Shown: positions 26,700-41,182 of the stretch, one piece after another
Layout of the letters: each line of letters starts with the position of its first letter
How positions within the stretch are numbered: position 1 is the stretch's first letter
Assembly: GCA_951406725.2 (NCBI GenBank)
Contig: OX597816.1
Location: 40,424,001-40,488,000 of the forward strand
DNA length: 64,000 nucleotides
DNA from: Octopus vulgaris
Lineage: Eukaryota
Reading direction: 5' to 3'
The notes under the pieces: model-generated
What the model saw: the letters and a program-made list of their open reading frames with translations, nothing else
What the model was told of the DNA's origin: nothing
The model's database searches: none
Made by a program: the position numbers and the translations under genes

Positions 26700-28460
26700 A
26701 AACCCCTGGCAACGACAATAAATTTAGCTGTAAATCAAATAAGTGCCCATCAGTAAATTGACTTTTCAATTCTTTTGAAGATGACCTATGTGCTCTTGTT
26801 AGAAACACTAAACTTAGAAACGCTATAATTCTTTTTAGTAGGATGTTAATAAAAACGAAATATGAGGAATACAATATTCTAGGAATATCAACCTGTATTT
26901 GGATAAAACTGGAAACCTGCTCTACGTAAATAACGAATCTCACTATTGTTTTGCCTTCATTTCTATCACAATTACCTATACAAAGAACATATGAGATATT
27001 TGAATGACATTAACAACAGAAGCCTCCGGAATACCTCAAGTCTAAATAAACATAATGAATCAGAACCACTCACTCTTGATCAGCCCTATTATACTCCTGA
27101 AGACCACAAAACTAATTTCAATGACAAGCCATCAATAAGACTAATTAATCCTACAGAATTGAGCTTAATTATAATTAGAAAACAATTTCTAGATAAGACT
27201 TTACCTAAGGTTAAGCAGGTTTCTCCATTAAGCTTTTCGAAAAAGACTCAAGGTCTCTAATTAATTGCTTTAAATCTTAACTTTAAACTCATGAAATTCG
27301 ACATTAATGATTACTACGCTTCCATCACTAAAACTCGGTGAATTGAAGTACTTAACATTTCTACTATTACTGTTAATGAAATAGAAGACAATAATGCAAA
27401 CAAGAAAACCTGGCATGTATTACAACGGATCATTATGGATTAAAATTTCTTCTAGAATCCCCTTCATTAACGCTATGAAAGGAAACTATTCAACTGAAAT
27501 TAGAAATCTTATCTGTTTGCTTCTACTCTTTAATCTCAAAGATAAAGTCCACAATGTACAGGTAGTCTCCATAGTTGCGGCCATCTATTGCAGTTCACCA
27601 ATTCTAACTTTTGGACTGTAGAGAGAATTACAAAATATTTACACCACTTTTTAAGAATGTACTACTACATATTACATAGAAATTAATCGCACAGTATGTA
27701 ATTTATTTGATACAACTCTTAATACTGCTAATAATTTATACTATCCAATTCGCGAACATAATAAATCACTGAATTATATGTATAGACATCTTAACTACCT
27801 AAAGGCTATTATAAATTGTTTAGTAAAGAACGTCTCACTTAAACATTATTATATTTCTGCTAATGGATAGATACTTAAATATTCTGCGACATATTACAAT
27901 AAAACCTCATAGAAGCGCATGTCATAAAAGATATTTATTTTACTAAATTTATTATACTAGAGAAGTTAGTCGTTGAAATAGAAAAAATGAATAATCGCTG
28001 GTTCAATTTTCCGCGTAAGTTGCATGTTATCGCCCCATAGTTTAGACACCTTCAACCGCAACCAAAATCTTGTATTCTACAGCATCTAACATTCCCCAAA
28101 TTATGCCTTGTGTCTAAAATATATAACTGAATTGTAATCGAAAAAGCCTATTAAATCTTAATTGCTTAGTAAAGAACATTGTATACCATATTGCAAATTC
28201 AGCGAATTCAGCGAAGACATACGTTGGTTCTGTTGCTAAGGAGATTAAGGCGTAACACACATAAACACACCTTTTGTGACGTCTCTTCTCTTTCATATTA
28301 GAAATATAGCACTAAGTTGGCTGCCTAATTTTAAAATGAGAATCATATTAATTCTGCAAAAATTTATTATTTTAAGCACAATTTTTATATTAATCCAAGG
28401 AGAAGTAACGCACAGCCTATCTTAACATTTTGTCTGAATTTCATAAACCATCATAACAAA
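26700..28460 (+). pseudogene. Decayed Penelope-like element (RT + C-terminal GIY-YIG), different lineage from the 43-kb element
   Basis: SFEDDLCALVRN; PEDHKTNFNDKPSIRLINP; LMKFDINDYYASITK (RT motif A); NLFDTTLN; RWFNFP; NIVYHIANSANSAKTYVGS (GIY-YIG-like). Confidence 0.75.
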
Positions 28461-29311
28461 AATGATACACATACACGTGTATTTTATGTGTATGTGTGTA
28501 CATGTGTATGTGTGTACATGTGTATGTGTATCTATGGTCACACACACACATATATTGGACATTTCAAGTTGTACTGCGGAAGACAATGAAAAGATTTGCG
28601 AAGTACGTGGAAGAGGCGGATAAATATAAGGACTGAGTCTTGAAGGCTCATTATAATCTCATAAAGATGAGCAGCACAGGATTTACAAGATACTTCTCAG
28701 TGAGCAAAGATCTTAGCCAATGGGGCTAAAGAGCAGTATCTAAGAAACGGACTATTTAATCTTGACACAAAATGGCAGAAAAAGCTAGCAAATATCTCTA
28801 GATTATGAAATCTGTTCTGTGGGTCTGATTTATGTGTTTTGATCTGTGTGAGTGTGCCTGAAGCCGTATGCATAAATTTAAGTGTTCATAAATGTTTGTG
28901 TGCTTCTGCTTCAACGACTACTTGCTCGAGTGCACAGGTTTGGATATGTGCTTAACTATTTTATGTTTATTTGTTTGTGTATACAGGTCTTGTATATGTC
29001 TATGTGTATATTTTTTCGCGTATAGATATGCGTTTATAAGTGTCACCTTTTTGAATATATGCTCGAGTGTCTCTCTCTTCGTGTGTGTCCGTTTATAAGT
29101 CTCATTTGTGTGTGTGTTTGTGTATGTGTGTGTGTGTGAGTGTGTCCTAGCATGTCTTTGTCAGGGCGTACGTATCTTTCTTTTAGCTTTTACTTATATC
29201 AGTTATTGGACAGTGACCATGCTCCGGCACTGCTTTGAAGGTTTTATTCGACCAAATCGACTACCTAACTTATTGTTTAACTGCTTATAATACATACATA
29301 CGTGTACATAC

Positions 29312-29369
<58 letters not shown>

Positions 29370-29786
29370 GAGACAAACCGCTAATTAGTTATTCCAGGAA
29401 TAGTGAAAAGATATTAGAAATTAATTATTTATCATATAATTATTCTAAAGATCTCATAACAAGTCGTTATAAATGCAAGATGTGACTGCCACAGATGATC
29501 TGGTTTGGTGAAAGTGCATCCTCAGGCTGGGAAGGGTTCCATCACAAATGTTTCCCTGAAGCGAAGGGCTAGCAAACATTCAGACTCCCTACGACTGCTG
29601 ATACTTTAGAATGTTCAAATAAGGCCCGTTGTGTTGCATGTGGAACAGTTCTGCAGTTATCCACATAGGCAGTCTGGACTGCATTAAGAAAACCACCCCT
29701 GTATTATCTGGAAATTAATCACTAACTGACACGCTCCAGTCTCTGGTCGACATACATGCTATCCCTTCTCTCTCTCTTTTTTAACG

Positions 29787-32700
29787 CCATCATACTGATC
29801 TCTGTACATTGGGGTTGGATGATCTCGTGACTCCACCATACTGATCTCTGTATATTGGGGTTGGATGATCTCGTGACTCCACCATACTGATCTCTGTACC
29901 TTGTGGTTGGATGATCTCGTGACTCCACCATACTGATCTCTGTATATTGGGGTTGGATGATCTCGTGACTCCATCATACTGATCTCTGTACATTGAGGTT
30001 GGATGATCTCGTGACTCCACCATACTGATCTCTGTATATTGGGGTTGGATGATCTCGTGACTCCACCATACTGATCTCTGTACCTTGGGGTTGGATGATA
30101 TCGTGACTCCACCATACTGATCTCTGTACCTTGGGGTTGGATGATCTCGTGACTCCACCATACTAATTTCTGTACCTTGGGGTTGGATGATCTCGTGACT
30201 CCACCATACTGATCTCTGTACCTTGGGGTTGGATGATCTGATGACTCCACCATACTGATCACTGTACCTTGGGGTTGGATGATCTCGTGACTCCATCATA
30301 CTGATCTCTGTACCTTGGGGTTGGATGATCTCGTGACTCCACCATACTGATCTCTGTACCTTGGAGTTGGATGATCTCGTGACTCCACCATACTGATCTC
30401 TGTACCTTGGGGTTGGATGATCTCTTGACTCCACCATACTGATCTCTGTACCTTGGGGTTGGAGGATCTCGTGAAACTACCATACTGATCTCTGTACCTT
30501 GGGGTTGGATGATCTCGTGACTCCACCATACTGATCTCTGTACCTTGGGGTTGGATGATCTCGTGACTCCATCATACTGATCTCTGTACATTGGGGTTGG
30601 GTGATCTCATGACTCCATCATACTGATCTCTGTACATTGGGGTTGGATGATCTCGTGACTCCGCCATACTGATCTCTGTACATTGGGGTTGGATGATCTC
30701 GTGACTCCACCATACTGATCTCTGTACCGTGGGGCTGGATGATTTCGTGACTCCACCATACTGATCTCTGTACCGTGGGGTTGGATGATCTCGGGACTCT
30801 ACCATACTGATCTCTGTACCTTGGGGTTGGATGATCTCGTGACTCCACCAAACTGATCTCTGTTCCTTGGGGCTGGATGATCTCGTGACTCCACCATACT
30901 GATCTCTGTACCGTGGGGTTGGATGATCTCGTGACTCCACCATACTGATCTCTGTACCGTGGGGTTGGATGATCTCGGGACTCTACCATACTGATCTCTG
31001 TACCTTGGGGTTGGATGATCTCGTGACTCCACCAAACTGATCTCTGTTCCTTGGGGCTGGAGGATCTCGTGACTCCACCATACTGATCTCTGTACCTTGG
31101 GGTTGGATGATCTCGTGACTCCACTATACTGATCTCTGTACATTGGGGTTGGATGATCTCGTGACTCCACCATACTAATCTCTGTACCTTGGGGTTGGAT
31201 GATCTCGTGACTCCATCATACTGATCTCTGTACCTTGGGGTTGGATGATCTCGTGACTCCACCATACTGATCTCTGTACCTTGGAGTTGGATGATCTCGT
31301 GACTCCACCATACTGATCTCTGTACCTTGGGGTTGGATGATCTCTTGACTCCACCAAACTGATCTCTGTACCTTGGGGTTGGAGGATCTCGTGACACTAC
31401 CATACTGATCTCTGTACCTTGGGTTTGAATGATCTTGTGACTCCACCATACTGATCTCTGTACCTTGGGGTTGGATGATCTCGTGACTCCATCATACTGA
31501 TCTCTGTACATTGGGGTTGGGTGATCTCATGACTCCATCATACTGATCTCTGTACATTGGGGTTGGATGATCTCGTGACTCCACCATACTGATCTCTGTA
31601 CATTAGGGTTGGATGAACTCGTGACTCCACCATACTGATCTCTGTACCGTGGGGTTGGATGATCTCGTGACTCCACCATACTGATCTCTGTACCGTGGGG
31701 TTGGATGATCTCGGGACTCTACCATACTGATCTCTGTACCTTGGGGTTGGAGGATCTCGTGAAACTGCCATACTGATCTCTGTACCTTGGGGTTGGATGA
31801 TCTCGTGACTCCACCATACTGATCTCTGTACCTTGGGGTTGGATGATCTCGTGACTCCACCATACTGATCTCTGTACCTTGGGGTTGGGTGATCTCATGA
31901 CTCCATCATACTGATCTCTGTACATTGGGGTTGGATGATCTCGTGACTCCGCCATACTGATCTCTGTACATTGGGGTTGGATGATCTCGTGACTCCACCA
32001 TACTGATCTCTGTACCGTGGGTTGGATGATCTCGGGACTCTACCATACTGATCTCTGTACCTTGGGGTTGGATGATCTCGTGACTCCACCAAACTGATCT
32101 CTGTTCCTTGGGGCTGGATGATCTCGTGACTCCACCATACTGATCTCTGTACCGTGGGGTTGGATGATCTCGTGACTCCACCATACTGATCTCTGTACCG
32201 TGGGGTTGGATGATCTCGGGACTCTACCATACTGATCTCTGTACCTTGGGGTTGGATGATCTCGTGACTCCACCAAACTGATCTCTGTTCCTTGGGGCTG
32301 GAGGATCTCGTGACTCCACCATACTGATCTCTGTACCTTGGGGTTGGATGATCTCGTGACTCCACCATACTGATCTCTGTACCTTGGGGTTGGATGATCT
32401 CGTGACTCCACCATACTAATCTCTGTACCTTGGGGTTGGATGATCTCGTGACTCCATCATACTGATCTCTGTACCTTGGGGTTGGATGATCTCGTGACTC
32501 CACCATACTGATCTCTGTACCTTGGAGTTGGATGATCTCGTGACTCCACCATACTGATCTCTGTACCTTGGGGTTGGATGATCTCTTGACTCCACCAAAC
32601 TGATCTCTGTACCTTGGGGTTGGAGGATCTCGTGACACTACCATACTGATCTCTGTACCTTGGGTTTGAATGATCTCGTGACTCCACCATACTGATCTCT

Positions 32701-35700
32701 GTACCTTGGGGTTGGATGATCTCGTGACTCCATCATACTGATCTCTGTACATTGGGGTTGGGTGATCTCATGACTCCATCATACTGATCTCTGTACATTG
32801 GGGTTGGATGATCTCGTGACTCCACCATACTGATCTCTGTACATTAGGGTTGGATGATCTCGTGACTCCACCATACTGATCTCTGTACCGTGGGGTTGGA
32901 TGATCTCGTGACTCCACCATACTGATCTCTGTACCGTGGGGTTGGATGATCTCGGGACTCTACCATACTGATCTCTGTACCTTGGGGTTGGATGATCTCG
33001 TGACTCTACCAAACTGATCTCTGTTCCTTGGGGCTGGAGGATCTCGTGACGCTACCATACTGATCTCTGTACCTTGGGGTTGGATGATCTCGTGACTCCA
33101 CCATACTGATCTCTGTACCGTGGGGTTGGATGATCTCGGGACTCCACCATACTGATCTCTGTACCGTGGGGTTGGATGATCTCGGGACTCTACCATACTG
33201 ATCTCTGTACCTTGGGGTTGGATGATCTCGTGACTCCACCATACTGATCTCTGTACCTTGGGGTTGGATGATCTCGTGACTCCACCATACTGATCTCTGT
33301 ACCGTGGGGTTGGATGATCTCGTGACTCCACCATACTGATCTCTGTACCGTGGGGTTGGATGATCTCGGGACTCTACCATACTGATCTCTGTACCTTGGG
33401 GTTGGATGATCTCGTGACTCCACCAAACTGATCTCTGTTCCTTGGGGCTGGAGGATCTCGTGACTCCACCATACTGATCTCTGTACCTTGGGGTTGGATG
33501 ATCTCGTGACTCCACCATACTGATCTCTGTACCTTGGGTTTGGATGATCTCGTGACTCCACCATACTAATCTCTGTACCTTGGGGTTGGATGATCTCGTG
33601 ACTCCATCATACTGATCTCTGTACCTTGGGGTTGGATGATCTCGTGACTCCACCATACTGATCTCTGTACCTTGGAGTTGGATGATCTCGTGACTCCACC
33701 ATACTGATCTCTGTACCTTGGGGTTGGATGATCTCTTGACTCCACCAAACTGATCTCTGTACCTTGGGGTTGGAGGATCTCGTGACACTACCATACTGAT
33801 CTCTGTACCTTGGGTTTGAATGATCTCGTGACTCCACCATACTGATCTCTGTACCTTGGGGTTGGATGATCTCGTGACTCCATCATACTGATCTCTGTAC
33901 ATTGGGGTTGGGTGATCTCATGACTCCATCATACTGATCTCTGTACATTGGGGTTGGATGATCTCGTGACTCCACCATACTGATCTCTGTACATTAGGGT
34001 TGGATGATCTCGTGACTCCACCATACTGATCTCTGTACCGTGGGGTTGGATGATCTCGTGACTCCACCATACTGATCTCTGTACCGTGGGGTTGGATGAT
34101 CTCGGGACTCTACCATACTGATCTCTGTACCTTGGGGTTGGAGGATCTCGTGAAACTGCCATACTGATCTCTGTACCTTGGGGTTGGATGATCTCGTGAC
34201 TCCACCATACTGATCTCTGTACCTTGGGGTTGGATGATCTCGTGACTCCACCATACTGATCTCTGTACCTTGGGGTTGGGTGATCTCATGACTCCATCAT
34301 ACTGATCTCTGTACATTGGGGTTGGATGATCTCGTGACTCCGCCATACTGATCTCTGTACATTGGGGTTGGATGATCTCGTGACTCCACCATACTGATCT
34401 CTGTACCGTGGGTTGGATGATCTCGGGACTCTACCATACTGATCTCTGTACCTTGGGGTTGGATGATCTCGTGACTCCACCAAACTGATCTCTGTTCCTT
34501 GGGGCTGGATGATCTCGTGACTCCACCATACTGATCTCTGTACCGTGGGGTTGGATGATCTCGTGACTCCACCATACTGATCTCTGTACCGTGGGGTTGG
34601 ATGATCTCGGGACTCTACCATACTGATCTCTGTACCTTGGGGTTGGATGATCTCGTGACTCCACCAAACTGATCTCTGTTCCTTGGGGCTGGAGGATCTC
34701 GTGACTCCACCATACTGATCTCTGTACCTTGGGGTTGGATGATCTCGTGACTCCACCATACTGATCTCTGTACCTTGGGGTTGGATGATCTCGTGACTCC
34801 ACCATACTAATCTCTGTACCTTGGGGTTGGATGATCTCGTGACTCCATCATACTGATCTCTGTACCTTGGGGTTGGATGATCTCGTGACTCCACCATACT
34901 GATCTCTGTACCTTGGAGTTGGATGATCTCGTGACTCCACCATACTGATCTCTGTACCTTGGGGTTGGATGATCTCTTGACTCCACCAAACTGATCTCTG
35001 TACCTTGGGGTTGGAGGATCTCGTGACACTACCATACTGATCTCTGTACCTTGGGTTTGAATGATCTCGTGACTCCACCATACTGATCTCTGTACCTTGG
35101 GGTTGGATGATCTCGTGACTCCATCATACTGATCTCTGTACATTGGGGTTGGGTGATCTCATGACTCCATCATACTGATCTCTGTACATTGGGGTTGGAT
35201 GATCTCGTGACCCCACCATACTGATCTCTGTACATTAGGGTTGGATGATCTCGTGACTCCACCATACTGATCTCTGTACCGTGGGGTTGGATGATCTCGT
35301 GACTCCACCATACTGATCTCTGTACCGTGGGGTTGGATGATCTCGGGACTCTACCATACTGATCTCTGTACCTTGGGGTTGGATGATCTCGTGACTCTAC
35401 CAAACTGATCTCTGTTCCTTGGGGCTGGAGGATCTCGTGACGCTACCATACTGATCTCTGTACCTTGGGGTTGGATGATCTCGTGACTCCACCATACTGA
35501 TCTCTGTACCGTGGGGTTGGATGATCTCGGGACTCTACCATACTGATCTCTGTACCTTGGGGTTGGATGATCTCTGATCTCGTGACTCCACCATACTGAT
35601 CTCTGTTCCTTGGGGCTGGATGATCTCGTGACTCCACCATACTGATCTCTGTACCGTGGGGTTGGATGATCTCGTGACTCCACCATACTGATCTCTGTAC

Positions 35701-36834
35701 CGTGGGGTTGGATGATCTCGGGACTCTACCATACTGATCTCTGTACCTTGGGGTTGGATGATCTCGTGACTCCACCAAACTGATCTCTGTTCCTTGGGGC
35801 TGGAGGATCTCGTGACTCCACCATACTGATCTCTGTACCTTGGGGTTGGATGATCTCGTGACTCCACCATACTGATCTCTGTACCTTGGGTTTGGATGAT
35901 CTCGTGACTCCACCATACTGATCTCTGTACCTTGGGGTTGGATGATCTCGTAACTCCATCATACTGATCTCTGTACCTTGGGGTTGGATGATCTCGTGAC
36001 TCCACCATACTGATCTCTGTACCTTGGAGTTGGATGATCTCGTGACTCCACCATACTGATCTCTGTACCTTGGGGTTGGATGATCTCTTGACTCCACCAA
36101 ACTGATCTCTGTACCTTGGGGTTGGAGGATCTCGTGACACTACCATACTGATCTCTGTACCTTGGGTTTGAATGATCTCGTGACTCCACCATACTGATCT
36201 CTGTACCTTGGGGTTGGATGATCTCGTGACTCCATCATACTGATCTCTGTACATTGGGGTTGGGTGATCTCATGACTCCATCATACTGATCTCTGTACAT
36301 TGGGGTTGGATGATCTCGTGACTCCACCATACTGATCTCTGTACATTAGGGTTGGATGATCTCGTGACTCCACCATACTGATCTCTGTACCGTGGGGTTG
36401 GATGATCTCGTGACTCCACCATACTGATCTCTGTACCGTGGGGTTGGATGATCTCGGGACTCTACCATACTGATCTCTGTACCTTGGGGTTGGATGATCT
36501 CGTGACTCTACCAAACTGATCTCTGTTCCTTGGGGCTGGAGGATCTCGTGACGCTACCATACTGATCTCTGTACCTTGGGGTTGGATGATCTCGTGACTC
36601 CACCATACTGATCTCTGTACCGTGGGGTTGGATGATCTCGGGACTCCACCATACTGATCTCTGTACCGTGGGGTTGGATGATCTCGGGACTCTACCATAC
36701 TGATCTCTGTACCTTGGGGTTGGATGATCTCGTGACTCCACCAAACTGATCTCTGTTCCTTGGGGCTGGAGGATCTCGTGACACTACCATACTGATCTCT
36801 GTACCTTGGGGTTGGATGATCTCGTGACTCCACC
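29787..36834. repeat. Tandem array of a 46-bp unit (~153 copies) with higher-order repeat
   Basis: Consensus CCACCATACTGATCTCTGTACCTTGGGGTTGGATGATCTCGTGACT; the GGAGTT variant recurs at 30363, 31283, 32524, 33674, 34915 and 36026. Confidence 0.98.
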
Positions 36835-37361
36835 GAACGGATATCACTGTCTCATTTATTTTTCTGCTTCTTGTTACTCTTGATGCTTCTACGCATTCTT
36901 TTGTCTCCCCCCTATATATGCTTCTGTATGTGTGTTCAATCCTTTCTCCATTGAACATCGGCCCATTTCTGTTTTTTCCCTCTAATGTATTCCCTGCAAG
37001 TTTTGACCCGCAACCCTTTAAATGCCCTCTCGGCGGATGTCATACCAGGAGAGATCAAGGGTTTGGTGTTTCTTTCAGACTCATTAAGTAAAAATATAAG
37101 ATATATCCACATGCATATGCATGTTTATGCGTGTGTGCATGTGCATGTGCGTGCAATATATGTGTTTGTACTTCACAACTGCCAATATGTTTATGTTTCC
37201 GTAATTTAGCATTGCGGCAATTAGTAAGCAGTATAATGAGTACGGAACTTCAAATAAGTACCTACTTTGAAGTGTGGCCGCATGGTGAATGAGTGAAACA
37301 AGTAAAATAAAAAGGAATTTATGAATGCCTTATACTTAAGGGAAAGGAAACAAAATGTTAA

Positions 37362-37595
37362 GGCTGCGTGATGGCAGAAACGTTAGCACGCCCGGCGAAA
37401 TGCTTAGCAGTATTTCGTCTGCTGTTACGCTCTGAGTTCAAATTCCGCCGAGGTCGACTTTGCCTTTCATACTTTTGGGGTCGATAAATTAAGTACTAGT
37501 TGCGCACTGGGGTCGATGTAATCGACATAACCATTTTGTCTGTCCTTGTTTTTCTCCTCTGTGTTTAGCCCCTTGTGGGCAATAATGAAATAGGA
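37362..37595 (+). mobile_element. SINE family B, full length
   Basis: tggcagaaacgttagcacg…gagttcaaattcc…ggtcgataaattaagtac…agccccttgtgggcaataa. Confidence 0.9.
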
Positions 37596-38024
37596 AACAA
37601 AACTTTAAGAAATAGGGTAAATGATTTTTATGCTTTATTACAAATTATCATTACGTATCATTGAAAATGTACAGCTTGAACGGTGGAATGAGGATTGAAA
37701 CACCGAGCTCTGAGTCTTGGGTCAAATGTTAATCACAAGTCCTAAAAAAGCTGGCAAATTTTACTGTCAAAACAAAGCTAAAAATACTTCATTTCCAAAC
37801 TGAAATTAAAAATTACGCTAAAAACAAAATAATACATCAGCATTCAGATTAAGTTCATATCTTCCAATAGAAATAACCACATTCTTTCTGATCAATATTA
37901 TCGATCCTGCTTTAATATTCAATTCAATTGATTCCCGACATAATTTAAAACAATAATCCGAAATCTAAATTTCTTTTTTCTTCTCTCTTACGATCACTGT
38001 TGTTATTAATATTTTTGTTTTTAT

Positions 38025-38075
38025 TTGTTGTTGTTGTTGTTATTATTATTATTATTGTTGTTGTTGTTGTTGTTG

Positions 38076-38117
<42 letters not shown>

Positions 38118-38168
38118 GTTATTATTGTTCTTCTTCTTCTTCTTCTTCTTCTTCTTCTTCTTCTTCTT

Positions 38169-38199
<31 letters not shown>

Positions 38200-38239
38200 T
38201 TATTATTATTATTATTATTATCATTATTATTATTATTAA
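38025..38239. repeat. Compound (GTT)/(TAT)/(TTC) microsatellite
   Basis: Visible. Confidence 0.95.
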
Positions 38240-38436
38240 TGCTTTCTTTAATTCTTTGCGTTTGAATTCCAAAGATTAAGGGATTTTCTCAACGTTAGCG
38301 TTGCAAAGCAAATAAATCAAATGAGGATTTTCTAGTATTTTTCACTAAGGTTTTTTCATATTCCTCTCCAACTCTCTCTCTCTCCCATGTTTCTCTCACT
38401 CTCTCTTAATTTCTCTCCATATTACTTTCTCCATTG

Positions 38437-38490
<54 letters not shown>

Positions 38491-39318
38491 CTATATATCT
38501 TTGTCTCTTGAAGCTTCTACTTTCATCCTTTTTTTATTAATTTTCTCTCCTTTCTGAAGAAAATAAATGAAGGCATTTGGGGCGAAATCTTTCACATGTG
38601 TTCACTTAGTCATATCATGATAAAAACACATTTATTAGCATACTTCTTTGTGGATTAATATCAATATCAGTCCATGAAAAGCATTGGCTTGCTGATAATA
38701 TTATATTCTTTGTGACTCAACTACTGTAGAACATCACGTTTCATGCATTTGCTAATAAACATTTTTGGTGTTTTGTGTTTTTTTTTCTGTGGTTATGCCA
38801 TTTCTATTATACTTTACGATGTCCGAAATATTGTAATCTATATACACATATATCTACTGAATCACGGACTGTAATAACGAACTAGAGGTTTAATAATCAG
38901 GTTTTCTAGCCACCACGAAAGAATATGAAATGCAATAATAGATTTCTTCTGTTCTTTTGCTGACCTTAGTCATGGAACTGAGGTCAAATTGGGATACCCT
39001 TTTTTGAATGGTGAGTAGGTTTTCGTCAATCATATCGATCCGAGGACTTTGCTTAGAACTTTGTATCGACCTTGGAGAAATATAAAAGACAATGTTGACT
39101 GAGCGTAACCGAGACGGATCGAATCATCACATTCTTTTATTGTCGATACATCGATTCCACGCCGACACACACATACATGCAGTTACATACACGGAATGTT
39201 TGTTAGGAAGAAGTTGGTATCTCTGAAACTTCGACATTGCTGCCATTATTCTAAACATATCATATTACATATTGGTGAAATATCAAACGCATAATACCGT
39301 TTGATATTTCTATCCTTC

Positions 39319-39530
39319 ACTCTTTACTCTTTTACTTGTTTCATTCATTTGACTGCGGCCATGCTGGGGTACCGTCTTTAGTCGAGCAAATCGACCCCGG
39401 GACTTATTCTTTGTAAGCCCAGTACTTATTCTATCGGTCTCTTTTGCCGAACCGCTGGGTGACGGGGACGTAAACACACCAGCATCGGTTGTCAAGCAAT
39501 GCTAGGGGGACAAACACAGACACACAAACT

Positions 39531-39572
<42 letters not shown>

Positions 39573-39735
39573 CGACAGGCTTCTTTCAGTTTCCGTCTAC
39601 CAAATCCACTCACAAGACATTGGTCGGCCCGGAGCTATAGCAGAAGACACTTACCCAAGATGCCACGCAGTGGGACTGAACCCGGAACCATGTGGTTGGT
39701 TAGCAAGCTACTTACCACACAGCCACTCCTGCGCC
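39319..39735 (-). mobile_element. SINE family A, full length
   Basis: Near-identical to 1275-1682; AGAGTAAA-type repeated tail. Confidence 0.92.
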
Positions 39736-40890
39736 TTTGTCCAATTAAAATAAAAAAATATCCCCTCGAAATTACAAAGACTAAAAATGAAAACAGTATG
39801 CAAATAGCGAAATAAGATGACCGGTAATCGAGGCGCATGGGGTCAAATAAACCTACATGTAGCCAACAAACACTTATGTCTCTGAACTCAGTATGAGAAA
39901 AAACAATAAATTAAAAAGAAAAAAGAAAAGAAACGTGTAGACCTGTAAAAACTTGCGTTTAAAATACTTCGCAAGCAGTTGCAGAGGAATCGTGTCGGTG
40001 AGAATGTCGTATTTATGTGACGAAAATTTTGACACGTCATGAAATGAAATAAAATTGAAAGTGTATTTGACAGCATTGTATGTCAGAAAACGTCTTCTAA
40101 ACAATGTAGCTGCTTTAGTTTTAAGACACGGTCTCAGAGCAAGTACAACATTGACATTTTGAAAACTTCATCTATGAAAATTTCTTTGAAGAATGATGTT
40201 CGATATCTAAATAAAAATAACAAAAATTACACAACTTCACATTATAAAACACGGCATCTTACACAAAAACAACTTTGAGTAGATTCACACGGCATCCGAG
40301 AAACTAAACCCGCAGAAAAGACATGTTTCCAGATTCAAGCATATCTTAATAATGTAACTGACAGCAAGTCTATTCAACGAGCTGACTATTAGAAATCATT
40401 TAAAAGAAGAAGCTTTCTCTGAAGTTAAAAGCACAGAATTACTAGACACTTCAATTGTTGTAAATGTGTAAAGCAGGCCCTCAGATTATCATCTGCAAAC
40501 AATTGTGAAAGGATGAAAAATGACAGAACTTCCTTATGGCAATGTTTTGTTTGAACAATCCTACTTTAGTTTGGTTACATTCTTTATGTTTAAAATGTCA
40601 AAATTGTTTCCTTAGATTTGCAAAATCTGGTATTCATTTTACTAGAAATATCAGCTTGATATGCCACATCTCCACGAATAAAATTCAATGTCATTTGCTA
40701 GTTAGTCATCATGATTTTAAAAGCAACATTCAGCAAGTGTCGTAAAACTGGAAACGTTTGACAGCTATCGAACTTCAGTATGAAGTATAAATAACCCAAG
40801 ATGACAACCAATCTGCATTTAATTTATTAATAGAGTATTTCTATCAAAAACTATCAGTAACTATTTCTGATGTTAGTTTAGAAGTGATTA

Positions 40891-41100
40891 AGGTGGTGGA
40901 TTGGCAAAATCGTAAGGATGCTAAAGAAAATATGTTGCAATATTTGGGATACGGCTCTTTACGCTCTGTGTTGGAATCCCACCGAGATTAACGTTGCTTT
41001 TCATTCCCAACAGGTCAATAAAACAGAGTACCACAGATTGATGATACCGGCTAGCCTCCTCAAATCAAAATTATGAGCCTTCTGACAAAATTAGAGACAA
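40891..41100 (+). mobile_element. SINE family B, degenerate
   Basis: ttggcaaaatcgtaag…tttcattcc…ggtcaataaaacagagtacc. Confidence 0.55.
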
Positions 41101-41182
41101 TTATATTATATTATATCAATATTTGCAAGAACTCATTGCATTTTGCCCTTCGTAAAACTACAGGAGTAATTCTGCATTAAGC

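Noticed and set aside
29478-29530. Hammerhead on the minus strand (CTGAGGA-TGC…GCA-GTCA)
   Set aside because: GAAA is replaced by GTCA, and stems I and III are unconvincing.
29570-29715. Candidate host exon next to the array (minus strand)
   Set aside because: Open stretches are under about 45 codons, with no recognisable domain and no consistent splice-site pair.
29787-36834. CRISPR array
   Set aside because: Units are contiguous near-identical 46-mers with no unique spacers; there are no cas genes and the context is eukaryotic.
29722-36958. Repeat-protein genes from the many ORFs in the array
   Set aside because: The same peptide appears in all three frames, the period is not a multiple of 3, and recurrent variants introduce stops.
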